Assembly: GCA_963825565.1 (NCBI GenBank)
Contig: CAWGTW010000014.1
Location: 23,408 to 87,407, forward strand
DNA from: Ilumatobacteraceae bacterium
GTDB taxonomy: Bacteria; Actinomycetota; Acidimicrobiia; Acidimicrobiales; Ilumatobacteraceae
Length of the DNA stretch: 64,000 nucleotides
Direction: 5' to 3'
Positions 47,999 to 57,979 of the stretch are shown here, one piece after another; position 1 is the first letter of the stretch, and every line of letters begins with the position of its first letter. The position numbers and the translations under genes are program-made. Under the pieces are notes generated by a model. The model did not search any database and was not told the origin of the DNA. It was given only the letters and a program-made list of their open reading frames with translations.

Positions 47999-48976
47999 TC
48001 AGGCGAACACGTGGTCGAGAGCATCGGAACCGGCCGGTTCCGGGCTGGACTTGGCGAAGTCGATCGCCGCTTCGATCTCGGCCGACATCTCCTCGGCGAT
48101 CGAGGCGACGTCGGCGTCGGTGAGCACACCGGCGGCCCGCAACCGCTCGGCGTAGGCGGGGATCGGGTCCCGCTCGTCGAGCTCGTCGAGCTCGGCGCCG
48201 CGATAGGCCTGGGCGTCGCCCTCGAAGTGGCCCCAGAGGCGCACGGTGTGGATCTCGAGCAGGCTCGGACCCTGGCCGGCGCGAGCACGCGCGACCGCCT
48301 CACCCGCGACCTCGCTGATCGCGTCGACGTCGTTGCCCTCGACGCGCACGCCCGGAATCCCGTAGCCCGCAGCCCGATCGGCGTTGGATGCCACCGACGT
48401 CGAGGCCGACCGCGGCACCGAGATCGCCCAGTCGTTGTCCTCGATCACGAACACGACCGGCAGGTTCCACAGCGCGGCGAGGTTGAGCGACTCGTGGAAG
48501 GCGCCCTGGTTCGCGGCGCCGTCACCGGCGACGGCCACCGACACCCGACCCGTGCCCTCTCGCTTGAAGGCCATCGCCTGCCCGCACGAAACGGGGTAGC
48601 CCTCGGCGATGATGCCCGAGCACGAGAAGTGTGTCTCAGGGTCGAACAGGTGCATGTGACCGCCCTTCCCCTTGCAGAGCCCGGTCGTTCGACCGAAGAT
48701 CTCGGCCATCATCTTGTTGATGTCGATCCCGTGGGCGATCGCCAGGTGGTGTGGACGGTGTGGCCCCGTGATCGCGTCGTCGCGGCGCAGGTGCTCGCAG
48801 ATGCCGACGGCGACGGGCTCTTGGCCGGCGGCGAGGTGCATCTCGCCCGGGATCTGACCGGCGCCGATGTCCCACGCAGGGGTCTTGTCCGCGTGGTACT
48901 CGCGCAACACGGCTGCTTCGAACGTGCGGATCCGCACCATCGTGCGGTACCGCTCGAGTCGGATGTCATCGGTCAT
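47999..48976 (-). CDS. acetoin/pyruvate-type 2-oxoacid dehydrogenase E1 alpha subunit (TPP-dependent)
   Basis: MTDDIRLERYRTMVRIRTFE..., HLAAGQEPV, GKGGHMH, GDGAANQG...IEDNDWA. ATG 48976 has an AGGGG RBS. The longest ORF starts at 49015. Confidence 0.9.
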   Translation of the reverse strand: MTDDIRLERYRTMVRIRTFEAAVLREYHADKTPAWDIGAGQIPGEMHLAAGQEPVAVGICEHLRRDDAITGPHRPHHLAIAHGIDINKMMAEIFGRTTGLCKGKGGHMHLFDPETHFSCSGIIAEGYPVSCGQAMAFKREGTGRVSVAVAGDGAANQGAFHESLNLAALWNLPVVFVIEDNDWAISVPRSASTSVASNADRAAGYGIPGVRVEGNDVDAISEVAGEAVARARAGQGPSLLEIHTVRLWGHFEGDAQAYRGAELDELDERDPIPAYAERLRAAGVLTDADVASIAEEMSAEIEAAIDFAKSSPEPAGSDALDHVFA

Positions 48977-49183
48977 CTCTGCCCCTTTCGGCTCGATGTC
49001 TCCCCTGGCCCTCATTGCCCCCGCCCACCCCGAATGGCGAACCCCTTCCTACACACTCTGCGCGCCCGTCGGCGAAGCGAACGACGACCACCAGCCGGGC
49101 GGTTTCTTTCGACCGAGGCGCACGTTTGATCTAGGGTGCGCGGGATCGGCCGCCACTTCGGCTCCGGGGCGAGGAGGAAGAAC

Positions 49184-52100
49184 ATGAACGCACGGACCTT
49201 GCGGCTTCTCGTCGCATTCACCGCAGCGGTTGGGATGACCGCAGCGCCGGCATCGACGAGCGCACAGAGCGACCGCGAACCCGGGGACATCAGGGAGGCC
49301 GATGGGTCGGTCGAGCTCATCTCGACCTACACGAGCGCCGCCGCGAAGGCGGAGGGTTCGAAGCTCGTCAGCGTCATCATCACGCTCGACGAGCAGCCTG
49401 CCGCGTCGTACACCGGCGGCGTCGCCGGCTTCGAGGCGACGACCCCGACGCTGACCGGCGACACCCGGCTCGACGTCAACGCTCCCGCGGTCGCCAGCTA
49501 CACGAGATACCTCAGGTCGCAGCACGCGGCATTCGAGTCGACGCTCGAGGCGGCGGTCGCCGGTGCGTCCGTCACCCAGACCTACGAGTTGGTCGTCGGC
49601 GGTGTCGCCGCCATCGTGCCGGCCGAGTCGATCGACAGGATCGCCGCGCTGCCCAACGTCACCGGCGTCTACCCCGACGAGCTGAACCAGCTCACGACGA
49701 ACGTGAGCCCAGAGTTCATCGGGGCCGACGATCTCTGGGCCGAGCTCGGCGGTCAGGAATCGGCCGGCGAGGGCGTCATCATCGGCGTCATCGACAGCGG
49801 CATCTGGCCCGAGCACCCCTCGGTGTCGGACCCAGACCCGGCGGGCAACCCGTATCCCGCGCCCCCTGCGCACTGGACCGGCAGCGGTGTCGGCGCTGGT
49901 TGTGACTTCGGAAACACCGCGTTCAACCCGGACGACGCGCCCTTCACCTGCAACAACAAGCTGATCGGCGCCTACGACTTCACCGACACCTACGCTGCCG
50001 TCGTCGGTCTGATCCCGACCGAGTTCGACTCCGCTCGCGACTCCAACGGGCACGGCACGCACACGCTCACCACCTCGGGCGGCAACGGCGGCGTGGCGGC
50101 GACCCTGCTCGGCGTCCCGCGCGGCGAGGTGTCCGGCATCGCACCCAGAGCCCACGTCGTCGCCTACAAGGGCTGCGGCCTCGACGGCTGCTTCAGCTCG
50201 GACACGACCGCATCGATCCAGCAGGCGGTCGTCGACGGCGTCGATGTCGTCAACTACTCGATCAGCGGCGGCGAGAATCCCTATGGCGACGTCGTGTCGC
50301 TGGCCTTCCTCGACGCTTACAACGCCGGCGTCCTGGTCAACCCGTCGGCCGGAAACTCCGGCCCCGGCGCCGACACGGTCGCGCACCGCGAGCCGTGGAC
50401 GCTGACCGTCGGCGCCAGCACGAGCGACCGTCACTACCTCAGCACGGTCTCGCTCGCCGCAGATGGCGGCGACACGCTCGAGGTCGTGGGAGCGACGGTC
50501 ACCGACGGCATCTCGACGCCGACACCTGTGGTGTTTGCCGGTGACTTCGGCGACGCGCTGTGCCTCACGCCGTTCGCCTCCGGCACCTTCAGCGGCGAGA
50601 TCGTGATCTGTGACCGCGGCGGCATCGCCCGCGTCACGAAGAGCTTCAACGTCGCCGAGGGCGGCGCGGGAGGCCTGCTCCTCGCCAACACGGCCCCCCA
50701 GGGCCTGTCGACCGACAACATGTTCATCCCCAGTGTGCACCTCGAAGACGTCGACGGCGCAGCCGTGAAGGCGTTCGAATCGACGCACACCGGCGTGACC
50801 GCGACGTTCACGCCCGGAACCGCCACCGCGGTCCAGGGCGACGTCATGGCGCCGTTCTCCAGCCGCGGCGGCCCGGGCCAGACGCTCGGCATCTCCAAGC
50901 CCGACGTCACCGCGCCGGGCGTGCAGATCCTCGCCGGCATGACGCCGCTGCCCGAGAACGCCGACGGCGGCCTTCCCGGCCAGCTCTTCCAGGCGATCCA
51001 GGGCACGTCGATGTCCGCGCCGCACTCCACGGGCGCTGCGGCGCTCGTCAAGGCAGCGCACCCCGACTGGGGACCCGGCGACATCAAGTCCGCCCTGATG
51101 ACGACCGCATTGGAAGCCGGTGTCACCAAGGAAGACGGTCTCACCCCGGCCGACGCGTTCGACTACGGGTCGGGCCGCATCCTGCCCGACGCCGCGGCGC
51201 ACGCGCAGCTCACCATCGTCGAGACCGGGGCGAACTACCTCGCGCTCGAAGACAACCTGTGGGACGCCAACTACCCGAGCCTGTACGTGCCGACGCTCTC
51301 CGGTTCGATCACGGTCGAGCGCACCGTCAGCAACCCCACCGGTGACGCCAGCACCTGGGATCTGACCGTCGATGCGCCCGTCGACCTGTGGGTCGGCGTG
51401 CCGCCGACCATCGGCGTCGGCGCCGGTGGCGACGCGTCCTTCGACATCCACGTCGACGCCCGCGACGTCCCGGTCGGCGAGACCAGGTTCGCAATGCTGA
51501 CGCTCGAGAAGACCAACGAGCCGTTGCTCGGTCAGGTCCTGCACTTCCCGATCACGATCGTCAAGACCGAACCCGCGGTCACGATCGGCAAGGAGTGCGT
51601 CCCGTCGACGATCGCCCAGGGCGCGTTCACCGATTGCACGATCACCGTCGAGAACACCACGTTCGACGCCCAGGACGTCTCGATCTTCGACGAGATCCCG
51701 GACCAGCTCGCGGTCGACAAGATGACCCTCGTCGGTGCCGACATCAACGAGTGCCGCGTGACCTACGACGGCCCCTTGTCCGGCGCGGCGGCATCGATCC
51801 CGACGGTGACGATCGACCCGCTCGCATCGCCCGCCGGCTACCTGCCGCTCAACTCGTTCACGCCGACCGACGTTGGCGCGACCGACGAGAGCATCGCCAA
51901 CTTCGCCGTGCCCTCCTTCGAGTACGGAGGCGTCAGCTACGACACGATCGGCATCGTCTCCAACGGCTACGTGGTCGTCGGCGGCGGGACCGGGGCCGAC
52001 GTCGACTTCATCAACAGCGACCTGCCCGATGGTGCGCTCCCGAACAACGTGCTCGCGCCGTTCTGGACCGATCTCAACCCGGCGGCCGGCGGCACGGTGT

Positions 52101-54616
52101 GGATCGAACTGTTGACCGACGGCTTCGACAGTTGGATCGTCGTCGAGTGGGAGATGGTGCCCAACTTCAGCAGTGCGTCCGAGATCAACACCGCGCAGGT
52201 CTGGCTCGGCTACGACACCGACGCCAACCCGAGCCAGGACATCTCGTTCACCTATGGACCCGACGTCACCGGCGGTGACGGCGGATTCCTGACCGTCGGC
52301 GCCGAAAACGCTGACGGCACCGAGGGCGGCACGGTCTACTTCGACGGTGTCGGTACCCCGCCCGCGCCGTCCAACCCCTTCCCCGGCTACGAGGTCGACG
52401 TCGCCTCGACACCCGGAGCGCCGGGTGAGTCGCACGTCATCTCGTTCTCCGCGGCCGGCAAGGCGATCGGGCCGTGGGTGAACTACGCCGAGATGACCGG
52501 TACCGGAATCGTCGGTACCGCCATCGCCGCTGCATCCGGCGAGACCACCGCTGGCACGACCGCCGTGTGGCCGACGGTGACGATCGCCCCGGCCGCGGGC
52601 CAGGCCGACCCGACCGGTGAGTCGCCGATCGACTTCACCGTCGAGTTCTCCGAGGCCGTGACCGGGTTCTCCCCGGTCGACGTGGTCCTCGGCGGCACCG
52701 CGGACCCGACGACGGCTGCGGTGTCCGGCAGCGGCACGACCTACAACGTCGCGGTGTCGGGCATGACCGGCGACGGCACGGTGACCGCCGAGGTGCGGTC
52801 GTGCGCCGCCAAGTCGGTGTCCGGCCAGACCAGCGCCGCGTCGCCGAGTGCGGCGGAGGTCACCTTCGAGATGACGTCGCCGACGGTGACGATCGAAGCG
52901 GCAGCCGGCCAGGACGATCCGACGAACACCTCGCCGATCGAGTTCGCCGTCGAATTCTCCAAGGACGTCGTCGGCTTCACCGACAGCGACGTGATCCTCG
53001 GTGGAACCGCCGGTCCGACCACCGCAGTGGTCAGCGGGTCCGGCGCCTCCTACACGGTCACCGTGTCCGGGATGATCGGTGACGGCACCGTCGCCGCCAC
53101 CATCCCGGCCGGCGCGGCGGACGACTCCCTCGGCAACCCGAGCGAGGCGTCATCGACCGGCTTGATCACGTACGACACGATCAGGCCGACGGTGACGATC
53201 GACAAGGCGGCGGCGCAGGCCGATCCGACCAACGGGGATCCGATCGACTTCACGGTCGAGTTCTCCGAGGAGGTGTCCGACTTCGATTCGGCCGACGTGA
53301 CCGTCGGCGGGACCGCCGGCGCGACGACCGCGGTCGTGACCGGCTCCGGCACGACCTACAACGTGGCCGTCTCGGGGATGACCGGCGAGGGCTCGGTCAC
53401 GGCCGCGATCCCCGCCGACGTCGCCAGCGATGCCGCCGGCAACACCAATACGGCGTCGTCGACCGCAGAGGTCACCTTCGACACGTTGATCCCGACGTTC
53501 GTCGACATCGGTCCGTTCCGGTTCGAGGACACCCGCTCGCCGGGCGGCGGTCCGGTCGGCTCGGCAGACGGTTCAGCAGGGCCGTTCGTGTTCAACGTGC
53601 TCGGGCGAGGCGGGATCCCGGCGACGGGTGTCGATGCGGTGTCGTTGAACGTCACGGCGACCAACACCCAACTCCCGAATCTCGGCGCCGGTTTCGTCAC
53701 CGTCTGGGACTGCTCGCTCCCACGACCGAACACCAGCAACATCAACTTCGGGCAGAGCAACTCGATCGCCAACGAGGTGATCACCGGGGTGTCACCCAGC
53801 GGTGACGTCTGCGTCTACGTCTACGGCACCGCGGACATCCTCGTCGACGCCAACGGGTACTTCCCCACCGGCAGCGACTTCGGCCCGATCGGCGCGCGGT
53901 TCGAGGACACCCGTAGCGGGTCCCCCGTCGGCTCGGCGGACGGGACGGCGGCGGCGTTCACGTTCAACGTGCTCGGGCGCGGGGGGATCCCGCTGTCCGG
54001 TGTCGATGCGGTGTCGCTGAACGTCACCGCCACCAACGGGCAGCTCCCGAACGTCGGCCTCGGTTTCGTCAGCGTCTGGGACTGCTCGCTCCCACGACCG
54101 AACACCAGCAACATCAACTTCGGGCAGGGTCAGACGATCGCCAACGCGGTCCTGACGCCGGTGTCGGCGACCGGTGACGTCTGCGTCTACGTCTACGGCA
54201 CCGCCGACATCCTCGTCGACGTCAACGGGTACTTCCCCACCGGCAGCGACTTCGGGACAGTGGGTCCGGCCCGGTTCGAGGACACCCGTGGCGGCTCCCC
54301 GGTCGGCAACGCCAGCGGAACGGCGGCGCCCTTCGTGTTCAACGTGCTCGGGCGCGGGGGGATCCCGCTGTCCGGTGTCGATGCGGTGTCGCTGAACGTC
54401 ACCGCCACCAACGGGCAGCTCCCGAATCTCGGCGCCGGTTTCGTCACCGTCTGGGACTGCTCGCTCCCACGACCGAACACCAGCAACATCAACTTCGGGC
54501 AGGGCCAGACGATCCCGAACGCGGTGATCACCGGGGTGTCACCCACCGGTGACGTCTGCGTCTACGTCTACGGCACCGCGGACATCCTCGTCGACGCCAA
54601 CGGCTACTTCGGGTAG
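49184..54616 (+). CDS. giant secreted S8 subtilisin-family serine peptidase (I9 propeptide, PA-domain insert, Ig-like repeats, C-terminal triple repeat)
   Basis: GAGGAGGA RBS and a signal peptide. Catalytic triad blocks VIGVIDSGIWPEHPS (Asp), HGTHTLTT (His), GTSMSAPHSTGAAALV (Ser). PA-like segment GEIVICDRGGIARVTK. Confidence 0.9.
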   Translation: MNARTLRLLVAFTAAVGMTAAPASTSAQSDREPGDIREADGSVELISTYTSAAAKAEGSKLVSVIITLDEQPAASYTGGVAGFEATTPTLTGDTRLDVNAPAVASYTRYLRSQHAAFESTLEAAVAGASVTQTYELVVGGVAAIVPAESIDRIAALPNVTGVYPDELNQLTTNVSPEFIGADDLWAELGGQESAGEGVIIGVIDSGIWPEHPSVSDPDPAGNPYPAPPAHWTGSGVGAGCDFGNTAFNPDDAPFTCNNKLIGAYDFTDTYAAVVGLIPTEFDSARDSNGHGTHTLTTSGGNGGVAATLLGVPRGEVSGIAPRAHVVAYKGCGLDGCFSSDTTASIQQAVVDGVDVVNYSISGGENPYGDVVSLAFLDAYNAGVLVNPSAGNSGPGADTVAHREPWTLTVGASTSDRHYLSTVSLAADGGDTLEVVGATVTDGISTPTPVVFAGDFGDALCLTPFASGTFSGEIVICDRGGIARVTKSFNVAEGGAGGLLLANTAPQGLSTDNMFIPSVHLEDVDGAAVKAFESTHTGVTATFTPGTATAVQGDVMAPFSSRGGPGQTLGISKPDVTAPGVQILAGMTPLPENADGGLPGQLFQAIQGTSMSAPHSTGAAALVKAAHPDWGPGDIKSALMTTALEAGVTKEDGLTPADAFDYGSGRILPDAAAHAQLTIVETGANYLALEDNLWDANYPSLYVPTLSGSITVERTVSNPTGDASTWDLTVDAPVDLWVGVPPTIGVGAGGDASFDIHVDARDVPVGETRFAMLTLEKTNEPLLGQVLHFPITIVKTEPAVTIGKECVPSTIAQGAFTDCTITVENTTFDAQDVSIFDEIPDQLAVDKMTLVGADINECRVTYDGPLSGAAASIPTVTIDPLASPAGYLPLNSFTPTDVGATDESIANFAVPSFEYGGVSYDTIGIVSNGYVVVGGGTGADVDFINSDLPDGALPNNVLAPFWTDLNPAAGGTVWIELLTDGFDSWIVVEWEMVPNFSSASEINTAQVWLGYDTDANPSQDISFTYGPDVTGGDGGFLTVGAENADGTEGGTVYFDGVGTPPAPSNPFPGYEVDVASTPGAPGESHVISFSAAGKAIGPWVNYAEMTGTGIVGTAIAAASGETTAGTTAVWPTVTIAPAAGQADPTGESPIDFTVEFSEAVTGFSPVDVVLGGTADPTTAAVSGSGTTYNVAVSGMTGDGTVTAEVRSCAAKSVSGQTSAASPSAAEVTFEMTSPTVTIEAAAGQDDPTNTSPIEFAVEFSKDVVGFTDSDVILGGTAGPTTAVVSGSGASYTVTVSGMIGDGTVAATIPAGAADDSLGNPSEASSTGLITYDTIRPTVTIDKAAAQADPTNGDPIDFTVEFSEEVSDFDSADVTVGGTAGATTAVVTGSGTTYNVAVSGMTGEGSVTAAIPADVASDAAGNTNTASSTAEVTFDTLIPTFVDIGPFRFEDTRSPGGGPVGSADGSAGPFVFNVLGRGGIPATGVDAVSLNVTATNTQLPNLGAGFVTVWDCSLPRPNTSNINFGQSNSIANEVITGVSPSGDVCVYVYGTADILVDANGYFPTGSDFGPIGARFEDTRSGSPVGSADGTAAAFTFNVLGRGGIPLSGVDAVSLNVTATNGQLPNVGLGFVSVWDCSLPRPNTSNINFGQGQTIANAVLTPVSATGDVCVYVYGTADILVDVNGYFPTGSDFGTVGPARFEDTRGGSPVGNASGTAAPFVFNVLGRGGIPLSGVDAVSLNVTATNGQLPNLGAGFVTVWDCSLPRPNTSNINFGQGQTIPNAVITGVSPTGDVCVYVYGTADILVDANGYFG
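52566..53490 (+). repeat. three tandem ~306-bp (~102-aa) Ig-like coding repeats inside the S8 gene
   Basis: The repeating protein unit PTVTI..AAGQ.DPTN.SPI.F.VEFS..V.GF...DV.LGGTAG.TTA.VSGSG..Y.V.VSGM.G.G.V.A occurs three times. Confidence 0.7.
53500..54613 (+). repeat. three tandem ~375-bp (~125-aa) near-identical coding repeats at the C-terminus of the S8 gene
   Basis: Long identical DNA strings recur about every 375 bp (372 and 375 bp between copies; a second anchor, TTCGAGGAC, gives 378 and 375). For example, CGTCTGGGACTGCTCGCTCCCACGACCGAACACCAGCAACATCAACTTCGGGCAG occurs at 53701, 54073 and 54448. Confidence 0.85.
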
Positions 54617-54640
54617 ATCCACGGGACTCCAGCCAGTTCG

Positions 54641-54677
54641 GATCAGCGGGTCTCGCAGTCAGCGCGACCCGCTGATC
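54641..54677 (+). terminator. 12-bp-stem GC-rich hairpin (GATCAGCGGGTC-13 nt-GACCCGCTGATC) 25 nt after the S8 stop codon
   Basis: A perfect inverted repeat read directly. It lacks a U-tract, as is common in high-GC actinobacteria. Confidence 0.5.
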
Positions 54678-55112
54678 TCGAGCGGGTGAACCCGCAGCGA
54701 CCATCGCGGATGCGCCACGAGGTCTGGACACGGTTCGTCGCCCTGCTGTTGCCGGTCAGCGGTGTACCCACAGCGGCAGAATCACGCCAGTGGGGGCACG
54801 ACGCTCGCCATCCCGCGCGCCCCGGGAGCGGCTCTCGTCCGGTCCGTCATCGTGTCGTCCGGTCCGGCGCGGAGCGCGTCGTCGACCGAGCCCCGCCTGA
54901 GTCGTGCACCGAACCTCCCCCGTCCTGACCCCTCCCGGCGAGTGATTCCACACGCAGCGGAACGGCCGCCGACCGTGCACGGATCGACCCACCTGGGCCG
55001 GCCTGCCAGGCGAGCAGGGGTCCGGCGGGACCTCTTCACCGATGACGACCGCGTCATCAGGATCGAGCCATGTCACCGATCGGACGGTGGCTCGACCTGA
55101 GAGGGAACCACG

Positions 55113-57905
55113 ATGAACCGAGCACTGAGAAGCCGAGTTGCGATCTGGGCAGGGGCCGCCGTAGCGGTCTCGCTCGTGTCGGGCGCCGTCGTCGCCGTGA
55201 CCATGGAGACGACGGCGGCCGACGACGACGCGGTCGCGGTGGTGGCGCCGGCGTCGAGCGACCCCGCGCCGGACTCACCCCCCGAAGCGGACGACGGCAC
55301 GCGCCTGCCCGGCCCGGACGAGGAGCCGGCCACGGCAGCATCCGAGGATGTCACCTCGATCGACGACGGCGACGACGCCGAGAGCACCGATGGGGCTCCG
55401 AACGCGACCCACGGCGAACCAGCGTCGACCGATGGCGAGGACACCGAGCCGCCGCCGGAACCGGACATGGAGGATCCGGTCGCTTCCGAGGCACCCGTCG
55501 TCGAGTTCGTCGTGGGAGGCCAGGCACCACCCGACGCGGGGGCGACCAGGTTCGACGCCGGGGACGGTTCCGCACCCTTCGATTTCGCCTCGAACCGACT
55601 GATCGTGGCCGGACCGGATGAGCAGCAGCTCGCCGACTTCCTCGCAGAGCACCCGGGCCGCGTCGTCGACACCACGTCGGTCGCGGGAACGGTTGTCGTG
55701 ACGGTCGAGATGGAGGTGACACCGCGCGACGTCGAGCATGCAGCCGAGCGGCTCGTTGCCGCGCTCGACGCCGACCAGCCGAGCGGGACGACCGTCAGCG
55801 TCTCGGACGGCACGGGGTTCGGCCTGATCGGGCTCGCCGCCCTCGCATCGACGCAGGGACTCGACGCAACCGTCGATTTCGCCATCTCGCCCGCCGGAGA
55901 GGCTGACGACGCAGTTGCGACCGGCACCGCCACCGAAGGCTGGACGTGGAACGGCTCGTCGGATCCCTTCCAGTGGGACTACTTCCGCGACGGTGGCGTC
56001 CTCGACATCGGCGTGACCGAGGCGTGGCGGCGGCTTCGGGCCGTCGGCCGCCTCACACCCGGCTCGGTCGACATCGCGGTGATCGACCAGGGGTTCGACC
56101 TGACGATTCCCGATCTCGCTGATGCCACGCTGTACCCGGCCGACGCCAGCGGCCGCGCCGGCTCGGCGGTCTGCGGTGGCAACCCGTGCCCGTTCCACGG
56201 CAGCACGGTCGCCCAGATCGCGGCCGGCGATTTGAACGACACCCTCGGAACGGTCGGTCCCGGCGGGCCGATCGCCGACCTGACGCTCATCGACCTCAAT
56301 GCGATCGCCGACGACGCCTGGTCGAACTTCCGCTTGACCGAGTTCATCGGCGCCTTCGAGCTGCTCGGCACAACCAACCCCGACGTCATCAACATGAGCG
56401 GAGCCAGCGAGATCCCTTGGTACGTCGCATGGGTCGTCGACCCGGTCGCCGGTCTGTTCGCCGATCTGGCAGAGGGCCACAACATCGTGCTCGTCGCCTC
56501 GGCCGGGAACGACGGCCGCAACATCGACTACCACGGCGATTGCCTGCTCGGGACGTGCCCGTGGGAGAACGAGATCGTCTTCCCCTGCGAGGTCCGCCAC
56601 GTGCTGTGCGTCGGTGGGCTCTCCAAGGGCTCGACCAACGGTCACCCCAACTCGAACTACGGCCGCGAGGACGTCGACATCTACGCCCCATACGAACACG
56701 CGAACGACGGGAGCGGCCCCAACCGGGGGACCAGCTACTCGGCGCCGTTCGTCGCCGGCATCGTCGGCCTGATGCGGGCCGCGTGGCCCGACATGCCCGC
56801 CGAGAACGTCCGTCGTCTGCTCGCCGACACCGCACACGAAGCCGGCGGCATCCGGATCGTCGACGCCGGTGCCGCGCTCGCTCGGATCGCCCACGCCGGC
56901 AAGGCCGACATCGACGTCCACTCGCTCGAACTGATCTCCCCCGACGTTCAGATCGGCGCCGACGGCGTGCGGCTCGAAGCCGCGATCAACGGATTCACCC
57001 TCGGCGACGCGCGGATCAAGCTCTACGACGGCGATGACCGTCTCGCCGGTCAGGAACTTCTCCACCCCCAGGTCGTGTGGACGATCGACGGCAAGCTTCA
57101 CGAGATCGGCAATCCGGGGGCGCTGAACCCGCTCGATCTCGGGCCCGGCACGTACCTCGTCGCGGCCGAACTGACCGATCTGGCCGGCACGGTGCACCGA
57201 GCCGAGCGCCGGGTGAGCGTGCTCGACCACGGCCCGACCGTCCGCTTGGAGACCGACGGCCCCATCACCATCGACGAGGGACTCGACCTGAGCATGCGCG
57301 GCGAGGTCCGCGGTCGCTTCTCCGTGCCCACGGCCGAGTGGCGCCTCGACGGCGTTCTGATCGACGCAGCGTCGACAGCAGTCGGCGAGCCGAACCGGTT
57401 CTCCCTTACGACGGTGCGGGTCCCGGCCGCGCTGCTCACGCCGGGCCGTCATCTGCTCGAGCTCACCGCACGACAGGCACCTGGAGTGTTCAGCACCGAT
57501 TCCGTGCTCGTCGACGTCGTCGCCGGGCCCGAGCCGGACGAGAACGGGAACACCCCGCCGGTCCTCCAGGTGCTGGGAGACGACGACACCTGGTCGCCGG
57601 GCGGATACTCCCACGTGATCACGATCCGTGCGACCGACGCCGAAGACGGGGACGTCACGGACTCCGTGCGCTGGTGGGTCGAGTGTGCAGGTGGAGCCGT
57701 CCTCGAGGTCCATCCCGAGCGGCTCGGCAGTGGCCGGTTCGGGATCGAGGCGCCCGGCGATGGGTTTCCCGGATGCGGCACATCCCGTCACGCGGTCACA
57801 GCGGCGACGAACGGTTACCGCATGTGGCTGACGGTCACCGACACCGGCGGGGCGACCGCCACATCACCCGATCACTGGCTCGTCACCGGCGTGGTGGTGC
57901 GCTGA
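55113..57905 (+). CDS. secreted S8 family serine peptidase (930 aa) with an acidic N-terminal region and C-terminal beta-rich domains
   Basis: Signal/TM segment VAIWAGAAVAVSLVSGAVVAV. Triad blocks IAVIDQGFD (Asp), HGSTVAQIAAG (His), GTSYSAPFVAGIVGLM (Ser). Confidence 0.85.
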   Translation: MNRALRSRVAIWAGAAVAVSLVSGAVVAVTMETTAADDDAVAVVAPASSDPAPDSPPEADDGTRLPGPDEEPATAASEDVTSIDDGDDAESTDGAPNATHGEPASTDGEDTEPPPEPDMEDPVASEAPVVEFVVGGQAPPDAGATRFDAGDGSAPFDFASNRLIVAGPDEQQLADFLAEHPGRVVDTTSVAGTVVVTVEMEVTPRDVEHAAERLVAALDADQPSGTTVSVSDGTGFGLIGLAALASTQGLDATVDFAISPAGEADDAVATGTATEGWTWNGSSDPFQWDYFRDGGVLDIGVTEAWRRLRAVGRLTPGSVDIAVIDQGFDLTIPDLADATLYPADASGRAGSAVCGGNPCPFHGSTVAQIAAGDLNDTLGTVGPGGPIADLTLIDLNAIADDAWSNFRLTEFIGAFELLGTTNPDVINMSGASEIPWYVAWVVDPVAGLFADLAEGHNIVLVASAGNDGRNIDYHGDCLLGTCPWENEIVFPCEVRHVLCVGGLSKGSTNGHPNSNYGREDVDIYAPYEHANDGSGPNRGTSYSAPFVAGIVGLMRAAWPDMPAENVRRLLADTAHEAGGIRIVDAGAALARIAHAGKADIDVHSLELISPDVQIGADGVRLEAAINGFTLGDARIKLYDGDDRLAGQELLHPQVVWTIDGKLHEIGNPGALNPLDLGPGTYLVAAELTDLAGTVHRAERRVSVLDHGPTVRLETDGPITIDEGLDLSMRGEVRGRFSVPTAEWRLDGVLIDAASTAVGEPNRFSLTTVRVPAALLTPGRHLLELTARQAPGVFSTDSVLVDVVAGPEPDENGNTPPVLQVLGDDDTWSPGGYSHVITIRATDAEDGDVTDSVRWWVECAGGAVLEVHPERLGSGRFGIEAPGDGFPGCGTSRHAVTAATNGYRMWLTVTDTGGATATSPDHWLVTGVVVR

Positions 57906-57979
57906 TGAGGCCGACACCAGCTGACGACCGCACGACCACCCGACTACTCTCCACGCTCGACCACAGGAGGGCGAACCCG

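Noticed and set aside
49049-52435. 1128-aa minus-strand ORF
   Set aside because: It is antisense to the S8 protease gene, which has clear catalytic motifs, a signal peptide and an RBS. The translation is Arg/Gly/Asp-rich with no motifs.
54686-55100. Several 80-112-aa ORFs on both strands in the ~500-bp gap between the two protease genes
   Set aside because: They are Arg/Pro/Ser-rich, mutually overlapping, and have no RBS or motifs. The region is more likely terminator plus promoter space.
55275-57791. 838-aa minus-strand ORF
   Set aside because: It is antisense to the second S8 protease, and the composition is artefactual.
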